Positions 13,553-23,034 of a DNA stretch of 64,000 bases are shown in pieces. Numbering within the stretch: position 1 is the stretch's first letter; each line of letters opens with the position of its first letter. The notes under the pieces are model-generated. The model was given only the letters and a program-made list of their open reading frames with translations. It was not told the origin of the DNA and ran no database searches. The position numbers and the translations under genes are program-made. Source of the stretch: Desulfomicrobium sp. (GTDB taxonomy: Bacteria; Desulfobacterota; Desulfovibrionia; Desulfovibrionales; Desulfomicrobiaceae); the NCBI GenBank assembly GCA_040768745.1, contig JAXGMI010000002.1:768001-832000 (forward strand). The letters are read 5' to 3'.

Positions 13553-14053
13553 TCATTTGGAAAGAATGAACTTGCCCAGAACCCTGTCGAATCCCCCCGG
13601 ATCGACAAAACTTGCCCCGACCTTGTCGTCCCGGATGGACTCGACTTTCACTTCCTTGTCCATGACCGTCTGATCATCGTCGTCCAGAAGAAAACGAATG
13701 GTCAATACGGCTCCAGGTTCCAGCCAAGGGCCTTCCCCTTGAAAACCCAGGCCGGTCATGGACAAATCCGTGACCAGCACCTCGGCCAATGCATCTGTCG
13801 CATCCCCGGAAGCATAGACAAGACCCCGGAGGGCCGTTTCCTTGCGGAAATATTTTCGGAAATTGAACGAAATGGTAAATTTATGACCACAACGTGTGCA
13901 TGTCGCATTCACCATCCAATGCGGGACATGGAGTATATTTTCTGTGTTGATTGTCTTTTGAAGCATGCATGATGGACAGGAAAAGGATACATCCTGCTTC
14001 TTGTGCACGAAAACCTCTACGTCAGCTTTCATCGTGTTGTTCATAGATCGCAC
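13553..14053 (-). CDS. zinc-ribbon/PilZ domain protein
   Basis: CPSC...CTRC, then RKYFRK (RxxxR) and DLSMTG (DxSxxG) PilZ motifs. Confidence 0.82.
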   Translation of the reverse strand: MRSMNNTMKADVEVFVHKKQDVSFSCPSCMLQKTINTENILHVPHWMVNATCTRCGHKFTISFNFRKYFRKETALRGLVYASGDATDALAEVLVTDLSMTGLGFQGEGPWLEPGAVLTIRFLLDDDDQTVMDKEVKVESIRDDKVGASFVDPGGFDRVLGKFILSK

Positions 14054-14445
14054 GAACCATGCTCCCCATTGCGCTTCAATGCAAAAACCCTATGAAATTT
14101 ATGCAAAATTCAGGCCATCAATACTGAGCGCTGACTGTTGGTCCCTTTCGGCCCTCACCCCTGGCACACCCATCGTTGCTCTAAGAGACGTGCCATTTAT
14201 CAGAGCGCTGTTGAAAGCCACAGGGAACAAGGGAAGACAAAAAATATTCGACACTCTAAATCTTTCCATATCCTTACAAAATTTGTCGGACAATGCAATC
14301 CATGCCCCTGATTCGAGGACAGAGTCCTGCCCACTCCTCCAAAACCGACCACGGGCCCTGCACGCTTCCCCGACCAGGCCATCCGATGGGCATCTGTCCA
14401 TAATCGCATTGACAGCAGGCATGGCGTGGACAATGGTTCATAACA

Positions 14446-15402
14446 GTGGCGTGTCTTGCCCAAACCATGCAGACATCTGATCCGGATGTACACACAATGA
14501 CCTTCGGCACAACCTCTCCTCTCAGGGTACGTGGCCGGAAATGGAGTTCCGACAAGACCTTCAAGCTGTTGCTGGAGCTTTCTGACGGCCATTGCATAGA
14601 ATGTGTGGCCATGGCCATGCCCACATGCATGACTGTCTGCCTTTCCACCCAGGTGGGATGTGCGCTGGGTTGCAGATTCTGCAGCACTGGACAATCCGGC
14701 TTTATTCGCAACCTCTCTGGGTCAGAAATCCTGCGTCAATTGGGTACCATCGCGCATGAGCTTGAACAGACCGCGGGAGTGAGGCCAGCACGCGTTGTTT
14801 TTATGGGAATGGGCGAACCGCTCCTCAACGAGGAAGCCCTGAACGCAGGCCTTCTTCATCTCGCCAAGGCGGCCCGCATTTCCTGGAGAAAGATCCTGGT
14901 CTCCACAGTTGGGATCCCGGACGCGCTGGAAAGGCTTGGCGCCAGCCGGATGGCTTTGCCGGCCATTTCCCTGCACGCCGCCGACCAGGAACTCCGGAAT
15001 TTCCTGATGCCCGGGGTACGACAATGGCCGTTGCAGGACCTCCTCCATGCCCTCGAACGATACCCGCTGCCGGGCAGGGAACGCATCGTCATCGAATACA
15101 TCATGCTCCGCGCTGTGAACGACGACACGGAACACGCAGACATGCTCCACGCCCTGCTCCGCGAACTGCGCGTCAAGATCAATCTCATCCCCTGCAATCC
15201 TGTTCCCGGAAGCGCGTTTGCGCCATCCACCCCGCAGGCCATCGATGCCTTTGCCCAGCGCCTGCGGCAGCATGGCAGAAGCGTATTCGTCAGGCGCAGT
15301 CTGGGATCGGACATCCTGGCCTCCTGTGGACAGCTTCGCGGACACATCGGATCCGCGATGCATTTCGACACCTCCGCCACAATATCCGAGGTATGCACAT
15401 GA
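14446..15402 (+). CDS. RlmN/Cfr-family radical SAM methyltransferase, short form; start uncertain
   Basis: CLSTQVGCALGCRFC, FMGMGEP, ISLHA, IEYIML, NLIP, C-terminal ASCGQL. Confidence 0.88.
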   Translation: MACLAQTMQTSDPDVHTMTFGTTSPLRVRGRKWSSDKTFKLLLELSDGHCIECVAMAMPTCMTVCLSTQVGCALGCRFCSTGQSGFIRNLSGSEILRQLGTIAHELEQTAGVRPARVVFMGMGEPLLNEEALNAGLLHLAKAARISWRKILVSTVGIPDALERLGASRMALPAISLHAADQELRNFLMPGVRQWPLQDLLHALERYPLPGRERIVIEYIMLRAVNDDTEHADMLHALLRELRVKINLIPCNPVPGSAFAPSTPQAIDAFAQRLRQHGRSVFVRRSLGSDILASCGQLRGHIGSAMHFDTSATISEVCT

Positions 15403-16772
15403 ACCCACGCCGATGCCGTATTCTGCGCGATGGACCCTCGGGGTCCGGTCCAATCCTGTACTGGATGCATCGCGAATTCCGGGCCAGCGACAACTGGGGA
15501 CTGACCCACGCGCGGCTGCTGGGGCTCAAGTCCCATCAGCCGGTCGGCGTGGTTTTTTGCCTTGCCGAATCGTACCTGGACGCGACCGTGCGCCACTTCG
15601 ACTTCCTGTTTCGCGGCCTGGAGGGTACCTCCCGCTCCATCCAAAATTCAGGTCTGCGATTCTTTGTCCTGCATGGCAGTCCCGGCCTGGAAGTCGCCCG
15701 GCTGGCCCGCCAATGTGGCGCAGGGGCCATTGTTATGGATTTCGACCCGTTGCGCATCAAGCGAAAATGGGTTGAGGATCTCTTGCTGTCCTGTCAGATC
15801 CCGGTGCACGAGGTCGATTCCCGCAATATTGTGCCCTGCTGGATCACCTCGGAGCGACGAGAGTTCGCGGCCAGGACCATCCGACCCAAAATTCGCCGTC
15901 TCCTGCCCGAGTTTCTGGAAGAGTTTCCACGTCTGCCCGCACCCAGGCCCTGGGCCGAATCCTCCACCCCTCCTGATTTTTCTCGGCTTCTGACGTCGGT
16001 CAAGGCTGACACCACGGTCGGACCGGTCGCCTGGATCACCCCCGGAGAATCAGCCGGTCAGGCCGTGCTCAAAAATTTTCTCTCCACCCGACTTCCGCAT
16101 TATCTGCTCCGCAATGACCCCAACCAGGACGTCTGCTCCCATCTTTCCGCTCATCTCCACTTCGGGATGGTTTCGGCCCAGCGCATTCTGCTCGAACTCC
16201 AGGAGCAATCCATGCAGGGCGAGCAGGTTGATTCCTTTGTCGAGGAGCTTCTTGTCCGCCGCGAACTCGCTGACAATTTCTGTGCGTACACACCGGACTA
16301 TGATGCGGAATCCGGGTTTCCGGTCTGGGCCAGAGAAACGCTGCATGCCCACCGCCATGACCCCCGCCCTGTCCTGCATTCATCCGAAGAACTGGAGCAT
16401 GCCAGAACCCTTGATCCACTCTGGAACGCAGCCCAGACCCAGATGGTGCGCACCGGAAAGATGCATGGGTACCTGCGGATGTACTGGGCCAAAAAAATTC
16501 TGGAGTGGACTCCAGACGTCCACGAGGCCCTGCGCATCGCCATCCGCCTCAATGACCGCTACAGCCTTGATGGCCGGGACAGCAACGGGTATACGGGCAT
16601 CGCCTGGTCCATGGGCGGGGTTCATGACCGCGGCTGGACCGAACGTCCGGTTTTCGGCAAGATCCGCTACATGAATCTGCAGGGGGCGCGCCGGAAGTTT
16701 GACGTCGACAGGTTTGTGCGAACCTGGTCAGCCTGCCGGAAATCCGATCCAACCCTTCCTCAGGATGCATGA
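15399..16772 (+). CDS. phr: class II CPD DNA photolyase
   Basis: YWMHREFRASDNW, LSAHLHFG, RRELADNF, MHGYLRMYWAKKILEW, DGRDSNG; ATGA overlap with upstream stop. Confidence 0.92.
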   Translation: MNPRRCRILRDGPSGSGPILYWMHREFRASDNWGLTHARLLGLKSHQPVGVVFCLAESYLDATVRHFDFLFRGLEGTSRSIQNSGLRFFVLHGSPGLEVARLARQCGAGAIVMDFDPLRIKRKWVEDLLLSCQIPVHEVDSRNIVPCWITSERREFAARTIRPKIRRLLPEFLEEFPRLPAPRPWAESSTPPDFSRLLTSVKADTTVGPVAWITPGESAGQAVLKNFLSTRLPHYLLRNDPNQDVCSHLSAHLHFGMVSAQRILLELQEQSMQGEQVDSFVEELLVRRELADNFCAYTPDYDAESGFPVWARETLHAHRHDPRPVLHSSEELEHARTLDPLWNAAQTQMVRTGKMHGYLRMYWAKKILEWTPDVHEALRIAIRLNDRYSLDGRDSNGYTGIAWSMGGVHDRGWTERPVFGKIRYMNLQGARRKFDVDRFVRTWSACRKSDPTLPQDA

Positions 16773-18548
16773 ATGCCAGCCCTGTCCGTGCGGGTCCTCC
16801 TCATCCTCTCCCTGGTCCTGACTTCTGCCCTCTGCCCAAAGCCGTCCCGGGGGGCTGCGATTGAATACACGGTGGAAATCCCCAACCTGCCCGATGGAAT
16901 CACCGACATGCTGTCCTCGGTTTCGGACTGCGCGGGCCTGCAGGATAACCCGCCGGACTCCCTGCCCCTGCTCCGCTCGAGGATGAACAACGATGTGAAG
17001 GCGTTTTCCCAGGCCCTCAAATCCAGGGGATACTTCAAGTCCGGGGTGGCGGCCGCGCTGGACGAACAAACAACTCCCCCCACCGTCCGCTTTGATGTCA
17101 CTCCCGGCCCACGTTTTATTTTCGCCCAACCCCGAGTGATCCTCAACCCGGACAATCCCGCTCTCTCGTCCCTCCTGAACGACATATTGAAAGGCTTGGC
17201 GGAAGGGACGGGCTATTCCTCCGGTGCCGTCGTCGACACCGAATACGCCCTCCTCGAGAGGCTCCGGGAGCATGGGCGACCATCGCCCGTCTCTGAGCAG
17301 CGAGAGGTCCTGGCCGATCACGCCACGGACACCGTCGCAGTGCGCTTCGTCATCAACACTGGACCGGAGGCCGTATTCGGAGACACGGACATTCTCGGAC
17401 TCGAAGACGTATCCAGGGATGTCGTCTTCGCCAAGCTGGCCTGGCAAAAAGGCTCGCCATACGACAAGCGACTGGTGGACAAAACGCGCGAACAGCTCAT
17501 CCGCACCGGGCTCTTCCGCTCAGTGCAGGTCGTCACCGACCATGTGCCTGAAGCACACAGCGTGGCCATGCGCATCACCCTCCTTGAAGCGCCCCCTCGC
17601 AGCGTGCGTTCCGGACTGTGGTTCTATTCCGATCTGGGCTTCGGAGCAGGACTGGGCTGGACTCACCGCAATATTTTTGGAGCGGGTCAGGAGTTACGGC
17701 TCAATTCGGCGGTTTCCGAAAAGCTCCAGGAGGCCGGTGCGGGCCTGATTCTCCCGAACTTCAATGGCCCAGGGCGGAGCCTCGACCTCTCGGCCCGCTT
17801 CGAGAACGAGGAGACCGACGTCTACGACACCACCAACCTGTCCCTGTCCTGCATCGCACGCCGCCCTCTGGCGGACCTGAACGTGGGCTACGGCCTTGCC
17901 TACCGCCTGGCCGAGGTCGATGACGACGAAACCAGACGTTTCAATCTTCTTTCCGTGCCGCTCATCCTGGAATACTCCTCGGCAGACAATCCCCTGGACC
18001 CCACCTCAGGCCTGACATTGGCAGGCCGCGTCGAGCCCTTTGCCAGCCTGGAGGAGCGCAGTTCCTCCTTCGTGCTCTGGAGCATCTCAGGAAGGAACTA
18101 CCTGCCCCTGCTCCAGGACAGATCCCTGATCCTGGCCACCCGCGGCCGCTACGCCCTGCTGGCTGGAACCGGCCGCGACAGCATCCCCGAGGACATGCTC
18201 CTCTATGCCGGAGGCGGTGGTTCGGTCCGCGGGTATGCCTACCAGTACGCTGGCCTCCTTGACGAGGACGACGAACCCCTCGGAGGCGTCAGCGCCGTGG
18301 ACTTTTCCGCGGAACTGCGCTGGCGTATGAGCACGGACTTCGGGTTCGTCCTGTTCGGGGACGGAGGCGGGGCCTTTACGGATCGCAACCCTTCGGAGAA
18401 AGAAGATTATTTCTGGGCCGCAGGGACTGGTTTGCGCTATTTCACCCCCATCGGACCCATCCGGGCAGACCTGGCCATCCCCCTGGACAGGCGTGATGGG
18501 GTGGACGACCCTTTCCTGATCTACATCAGCCTGGGGCAGGCCTTCTGA
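16773..18548 (+). CDS. tamA: TamA-like Omp85 outer membrane protein
   Basis: Signal peptide, POTRA-like segments, AGGGGSVRGY, GPIRADLA, C-terminal YISLGQAF. Confidence 0.9.
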   Translation: MPALSVRVLLILSLVLTSALCPKPSRGAAIEYTVEIPNLPDGITDMLSSVSDCAGLQDNPPDSLPLLRSRMNNDVKAFSQALKSRGYFKSGVAAALDEQTTPPTVRFDVTPGPRFIFAQPRVILNPDNPALSSLLNDILKGLAEGTGYSSGAVVDTEYALLERLREHGRPSPVSEQREVLADHATDTVAVRFVINTGPEAVFGDTDILGLEDVSRDVVFAKLAWQKGSPYDKRLVDKTREQLIRTGLFRSVQVVTDHVPEAHSVAMRITLLEAPPRSVRSGLWFYSDLGFGAGLGWTHRNIFGAGQELRLNSAVSEKLQEAGAGLILPNFNGPGRSLDLSARFENEETDVYDTTNLSLSCIARRPLADLNVGYGLAYRLAEVDDDETRRFNLLSVPLILEYSSADNPLDPTSGLTLAGRVEPFASLEERSSSFVLWSISGRNYLPLLQDRSLILATRGRYALLAGTGRDSIPEDMLLYAGGGGSVRGYAYQYAGLLDEDDEPLGGVSAVDFSAELRWRMSTDFGFVLFGDGGGAFTDRNPSEKEDYFWAAGTGLRYFTPIGPIRADLAIPLDRRDGVDDPFLIYISLGQAF

Positions 18549-21500
18549 TGTGCCCCGCTAGCGCCACATCCCGGCTGCGCGCAGCAGCGCTCGTTGTTGC
18601 CGCCAGCCTCGTTGCCCTGTCCGTTGCCGCGGCTCTGGCCCTGGGCACGTCAACCGGCAGGCAGGCACTGCTCGACGGCATCGGACGGATGACCGCCTCC
18701 GCCAATTTCCAGCTCGAGATGAGCGGACTCGAACTGGGCCGCATCTGGTCAATGGAGCGCTTGGCCTTGAACGACTCGACAGGGACATGGCTCCTCCTCG
18801 AGGATCTTCGCCTGCGGCCGCGGCTGAGCGCTCTGCTCCGGGGCAGATTGTCCCTGCACGATGTCAGCGTACGACGTCTGGATCTGGACCGGCTGCCCGC
18901 AACAACCGAAGACTCTGCGGGCGATGCCCTCCTTCCGGAATTGGCCATCTCCGGCATAGACGCACAGCACATCCGTCTCGGGCCTGCTGTCATGGGTCAT
19001 GAGGCCTTTTTTTCCCTCCAAGGGGGCATCGAGATGGATCCGGACAAAACCCATGCCCGCTTGCGCGTGGCCCGGCTGGACCGGACCGGGGACCACGCAG
19101 AACTTGACGGCCTCCTCGTCTTCCAAGACAGGGCGGGATCCCTGCAGCTGGAATTGCACGAGGCCCAGGGCGGTCTGATCCATTCCGTCCTGGGCCTCAA
19201 CAGCACCGAGGGCATCTCTCTGCAACTGGCCGGAACGGGGCCCATGGACCATTGGCCCCTGACAATCGAGGCCCGGATTTCCGACGCCGCCCGGCTGGAA
19301 GCCAACGCCACCCTCGACATCACCGAAGGCCCCAGTCTTTCATTGCGCGCGAGCCTCAGCCCCGGTCCGTCCTGGACTGGACTCACGGGCTTGCCGGACG
19401 GGGAGATTCTGGTGGAAGGGCACGGATTCTGGCGGGACGGCATTCTGCACCTCGCGCGTCTGGACCTGCAGGGCCGGCCCGCAATGTTCCAGGGCAACGC
19501 CACATGGGATTTCGAAAGCGACATCCTGGACGCCCAGATCCAGGCCAGAGGCTCTGACCTCTCCTGGCTTCTGCCTGCAAAGATCAAAGCAGGCCCCGTC
19601 ACTGCCAACGCCAGACTGAGACGCGACACCTCGGGTCTGAGCGCCCGCGCACGCATGGAGCTTCAGGACTGGAACCTGTCCGGACAGACCATCCCCACGG
19701 CCGCTGCCGATCTCACTCTGCACATGCCGGCGGATCTGAAACAATGGGAAGGCCGGGCCAATGTCGACGCCCAAACCCCCGATCTGCCAAGGGGGCTGCA
19801 GACATGGACGGCAACAGCCGTGGCGGAGGGCAACGCCACACTTCTCCGGCTGCACGAAATCCGTCTGGATGCTGGGCTCCTGGAACTGGAGGGCAATGGC
19901 ACCCTCGACGCGGATATGGTTTTGCGCGCACGGACGGTTTTGCACAAAACCGAAGATCAGCCCATCTCCGCAATTCTGGAATCGGAACTGCACGGTTCCA
20001 TGGACCGCGAATCCCAGGCCTTTGCGGGAAAACTTGCCGTGAACGCCACGGGTATCTCCGGCATGCCTCCGTTTGCAGAGCAACTGCTAGGCGACAACGG
20101 CCGTATCACCGCCAATCTGGCCCTTTCTCCGGATCTTTTGTCCATCCGTGACGCGCTCGTGCAGTTCAGATCCAGGGCCGACCTGCGCGGCGACATCGAC
20201 ATGGACACAGGGCGATTTTCCGCGGGAATCGAGGCCAGCCTGCCGCAACTGACATTGGACAGCCTGCGCGTGGACCAGGGGACTTCCGTTCGCGGCAGTC
20301 TTTCCGGAAAACCTGAATCCTTCGACATGGCCCTGGAGGTCCGCTCCCCTCGCTTTGCCATGGACAGGGCGGTGCTGGACACCTTCAGCGCCACTGCGGC
20401 ACTGAACGGCCTGCCCGGCCTGCAGTCGGCAACGCTGCAGGCCAAAGCCGCCTTGCGCGGACAGCCCTTGAGCCTCAATCTGCGGACAAGGGGCGGAACG
20501 GATTCACTTCAAGTGGAGGAAGGGGTGGTGCAACTCCCCGGAACGAGGCTGCAGGCCAACGGTCATGTGACCCTTGACGTCCCCCGGTTTGACGGCACCC
20601 TGGACTTGAACAGCGCGGATCTCCGACCGCTGGGCCAAGCCCTGGACCTGGCCCTGGCAGGAAAAATGGGGGTGCGGGCCGACCTGGTCGGCGACAAGAA
20701 CAGACACACCCTCCGCTTCGAAGGCCGCGGGGAAGACCTCGACCTTCTGGGAACGCGCATCGGCACGATTTCGCTGAAGGGCTTCACGGCCATACCCGGG
20801 CCGATGCGCGACACAGACGTGCATCTGGAGTTCGGCAAAGTGTTCCACCCTCCCTTGCGCGCGGATCTCATGGGTGTTCACCTGCGTGGCGACGACCAGG
20901 GGCTCTCCTTCCAGGCGGACGCAAGGGACGACGCTTCCAAAACCCAAATCAGGTCCGGCGGACAGTTGAAACTTGATCCGCTCCGGCTGCTGGTCAATTC
21001 TCTCAATGGCCAACTGCTCGGCCAGGACCTGCGTCTGGCATCCCCCTTGGACCTGCGCATCTCCGCCCCCGAAACCAGTTGGAGTGAATTTGTCCTTCAC
21101 CTCGGCCCAGCCCGGTTCACCTCCCAGGGCAGCATGACTCCGGGAGGAACCGACATCCGCGCCGATGCCAGGGGCATGGACCCCGCCATGTTGCACGTTC
21201 TTTGGCCCCATCTGCCCAGCGCCACGATGCACGCCCGGCTGGAGATCAGGGGCACCCCGCAGGATCCTCTTGCCCGACTGGTTGTCCAGGGCGATTCCAT
21301 CCTCATGCAGACCGCGGGTCTGGAAAACCTGCCGGAGCTCATGGGAAAAGCCGAAATTGTGCTGCACAGAGACTCCCTGAATGCCACAGGTCTTGTCTCT
21401 GCCAACGGCGACCTCAGGTTGGAGGGGCAGTTGTCCGGCCCTGTCATGGCCAAGCTTTTCTCTGTCTCCCTCCCTAACGATACCCCCCTCTCTGGCCGCA

Positions 21501-22753
21501 TCTCCGGGTACACGGATCTCCATCTGCTCCCCCACTTCCTGCATCTCGACGACCAGACCCTGGCAGGACGATGCGACCTGGACTTCCGCATGGGAGGCAC
21601 CTGGTCCGTCCCTTCCTTGACCGGGACAGCGCAAACGCGCGGGGCCCGCTACGAGAATTTCCGCAGTGGTACGGTGATCGAAGGAATCGATCTTGACGCC
21701 AGCGCCACGGGTTCACACCTTGAACTGAAGGCCACAGGCACTGACGGTGACAAAGGCAGGCTGCAGGCCCAGGGCAGCATGGATCTGGACACCCTGACCT
21801 ATGCCTTTGGCGCCGATCTCGACAACTGTCGTCTGCTGCGCATGGACCTGGCCCAGGCATCGGCCAGCGGGAACGTGGGCCTGCGGGGCTCCCCCTCCTC
21901 CGGGATGGCTCTGGACGGTCTGCTGACCATAGATCCAAGTCAGCTCCGCATCCCCTCCTCGGCGCCGCCGGATGTAGTGCACATCGAGGTGCGGGAGATC
22001 AACACCCCGGTCGCAGCCAGTTCCAAGGCAAAATCCCAGTCCCCGTTCCGGATCGACCTGGACCTGGGCTTGCAGATCCCGGCCCGGATGATCGTCAAGG
22101 GTCGTGGTCTTGATTCGGAGTGGCACGGCCGGTTGCACATCCATGGAAATCAGAACAGTCCCGTTATCAACGGTGAGGTAACCCTCCTGCGGGGCAAGCT
22201 CGAATTTCTGGACCGTATTTTTGATCTGACCAAAGGCTCTCTGATCTTCAGCGGCAATACCCCGCCCAACCCGCTTCTGGACGTCGTGGGAGAGGTGCAT
22301 GTCCTGGAAACACTGATTCAGGTCCACGTGACCGGATCTGCCAACTCCCCCCGGGTAACCCTGTCTTCCGTTCCAGCCCTGCCGCAGGACGAACTTCTCG
22401 CCATGATCCTTTTCGGTCGGTCCGCCCGCCAGATCTCACCCTTGCAGGCTGTCCGGCTGGCCCAGGCGGCGGCTGAAATGACCGGCCTCGGAACAGGCCC
22501 GGATGTCCTGAACAACCTCAAGTCCAGCCTCGGACTGCAGGAGGTGGAATTCAGCCAGGACGACAAGGACAACACCGCGGTCGGCGTCGGCGCATACTGG
22601 GGAGGGAAATACTACATCCGGACCGAGCGTAGCCTCTCCGGGCAGGACCGGACCAAGGTGGAAGTGCAGCTTACTCCCAAGATCAGCGTGGAGACCGAGG
22701 TGGGCGGGGATTCACGAGAAGGGGGCGGTGTGAACTGGAAACACGACTACTGA
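18548..22753 (+). CDS. tamB: TamB/AsmA-like translocation and assembly module subunit
   Basis: 1401 aa, N-terminal anchor, beta-rich repeats, DUF490-type C-terminus (GRGLDSEW, SVPALPQDELL, WKHDY); overlaps tamA stop. Confidence 0.88.
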   Translation: MCPASATSRLRAAALVVAASLVALSVAAALALGTSTGRQALLDGIGRMTASANFQLEMSGLELGRIWSMERLALNDSTGTWLLLEDLRLRPRLSALLRGRLSLHDVSVRRLDLDRLPATTEDSAGDALLPELAISGIDAQHIRLGPAVMGHEAFFSLQGGIEMDPDKTHARLRVARLDRTGDHAELDGLLVFQDRAGSLQLELHEAQGGLIHSVLGLNSTEGISLQLAGTGPMDHWPLTIEARISDAARLEANATLDITEGPSLSLRASLSPGPSWTGLTGLPDGEILVEGHGFWRDGILHLARLDLQGRPAMFQGNATWDFESDILDAQIQARGSDLSWLLPAKIKAGPVTANARLRRDTSGLSARARMELQDWNLSGQTIPTAAADLTLHMPADLKQWEGRANVDAQTPDLPRGLQTWTATAVAEGNATLLRLHEIRLDAGLLELEGNGTLDADMVLRARTVLHKTEDQPISAILESELHGSMDRESQAFAGKLAVNATGISGMPPFAEQLLGDNGRITANLALSPDLLSIRDALVQFRSRADLRGDIDMDTGRFSAGIEASLPQLTLDSLRVDQGTSVRGSLSGKPESFDMALEVRSPRFAMDRAVLDTFSATAALNGLPGLQSATLQAKAALRGQPLSLNLRTRGGTDSLQVEEGVVQLPGTRLQANGHVTLDVPRFDGTLDLNSADLRPLGQALDLALAGKMGVRADLVGDKNRHTLRFEGRGEDLDLLGTRIGTISLKGFTAIPGPMRDTDVHLEFGKVFHPPLRADLMGVHLRGDDQGLSFQADARDDASKTQIRSGGQLKLDPLRLLVNSLNGQLLGQDLRLASPLDLRISAPETSWSEFVLHLGPARFTSQGSMTPGGTDIRADARGMDPAMLHVLWPHLPSATMHARLEIRGTPQDPLARLVVQGDSILMQTAGLENLPELMGKAEIVLHRDSLNATGLVSANGDLRLEGQLSGPVMAKLFSVSLPNDTPLSGRISGYTDLHLLPHFLHLDDQTLAGRCDLDFRMGGTWSVPSLTGTAQTRGARYENFRSGTVIEGIDLDASATGSHLELKATGTDGDKGRLQAQGSMDLDTLTYAFGADLDNCRLLRMDLAQASASGNVGLRGSPSSGMALDGLLTIDPSQLRIPSSAPPDVVHIEVREINTPVAASSKAKSQSPFRIDLDLGLQIPARMIVKGRGLDSEWHGRLHIHGNQNSPVINGEVTLLRGKLEFLDRIFDLTKGSLIFSGNTPPNPLLDVVGEVHVLETLIQVHVTGSANSPRVTLSSVPALPQDELLAMILFGRSARQISPLQAVRLAQAAAEMTGLGTGPDVLNNLKSSLGLQEVEFSQDDKDNTAVGVGAYWGGKYYIRTERSLSGQDRTKVEVQLTPKISVETEVGGDSREGGGVNWKHDY

Positions 22754-22777
22754 GCCGATCTTTCTCACAGGGACTGT

Positions 22778-23029
22778 TCAGAGGTCGTCATCGGGGTCGA
22801 AACCCGTTGGAGCTGCCTTGACAGTCAGGGATACGACCTCCTGCAGCACCCGGCCGCGCTCTTGGGCCAACTGCTTCCATTTTTTTTTCTCTTTTTTCAC
22901 GGCATCGACGGTCTGCAGCAGGTCCTGAATGGTATGGGCTGGATAGCCGTATTTGGCATACTTGCCCTTGCGCAACTCCTCGTCGTTGCGTTCCTTCAGG
23001 GCGCGAAGCTGGCTGGAGGACAGGATCAT
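22778..23029 (-). CDS. small basic hypothetical protein
   Basis: MILSSSQLRALKERNDEELRKG...; starts just after the upstream ATPase stop. Confidence 0.7.
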   Translation of the reverse strand: MILSSSQLRALKERNDEELRKGKYAKYGYPAHTIQDLLQTVDAVKKEKKKWKQLAQERGRVLQEVVSLTVKAAPTGFDPDDDL

Positions 23030-23034
23030 GGCCT

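Noticed and set aside
14162..14195. Two TGGCAC sigma54-like boxes in the divergent intergenic region
   Set aside because: The plus-strand copy has the wrong spacing to TTGC; the minus-strand copy has TTAG instead of TTGC
15024..15398. N-terminal extension of the photolyase ORF (similar extensions on alr, acyl-CoA synthetase, sugE and the IS1182 transposase)
   Set aside because: Overlaps upstream genes or RNA elements; better RBS-linked starts lie downstream
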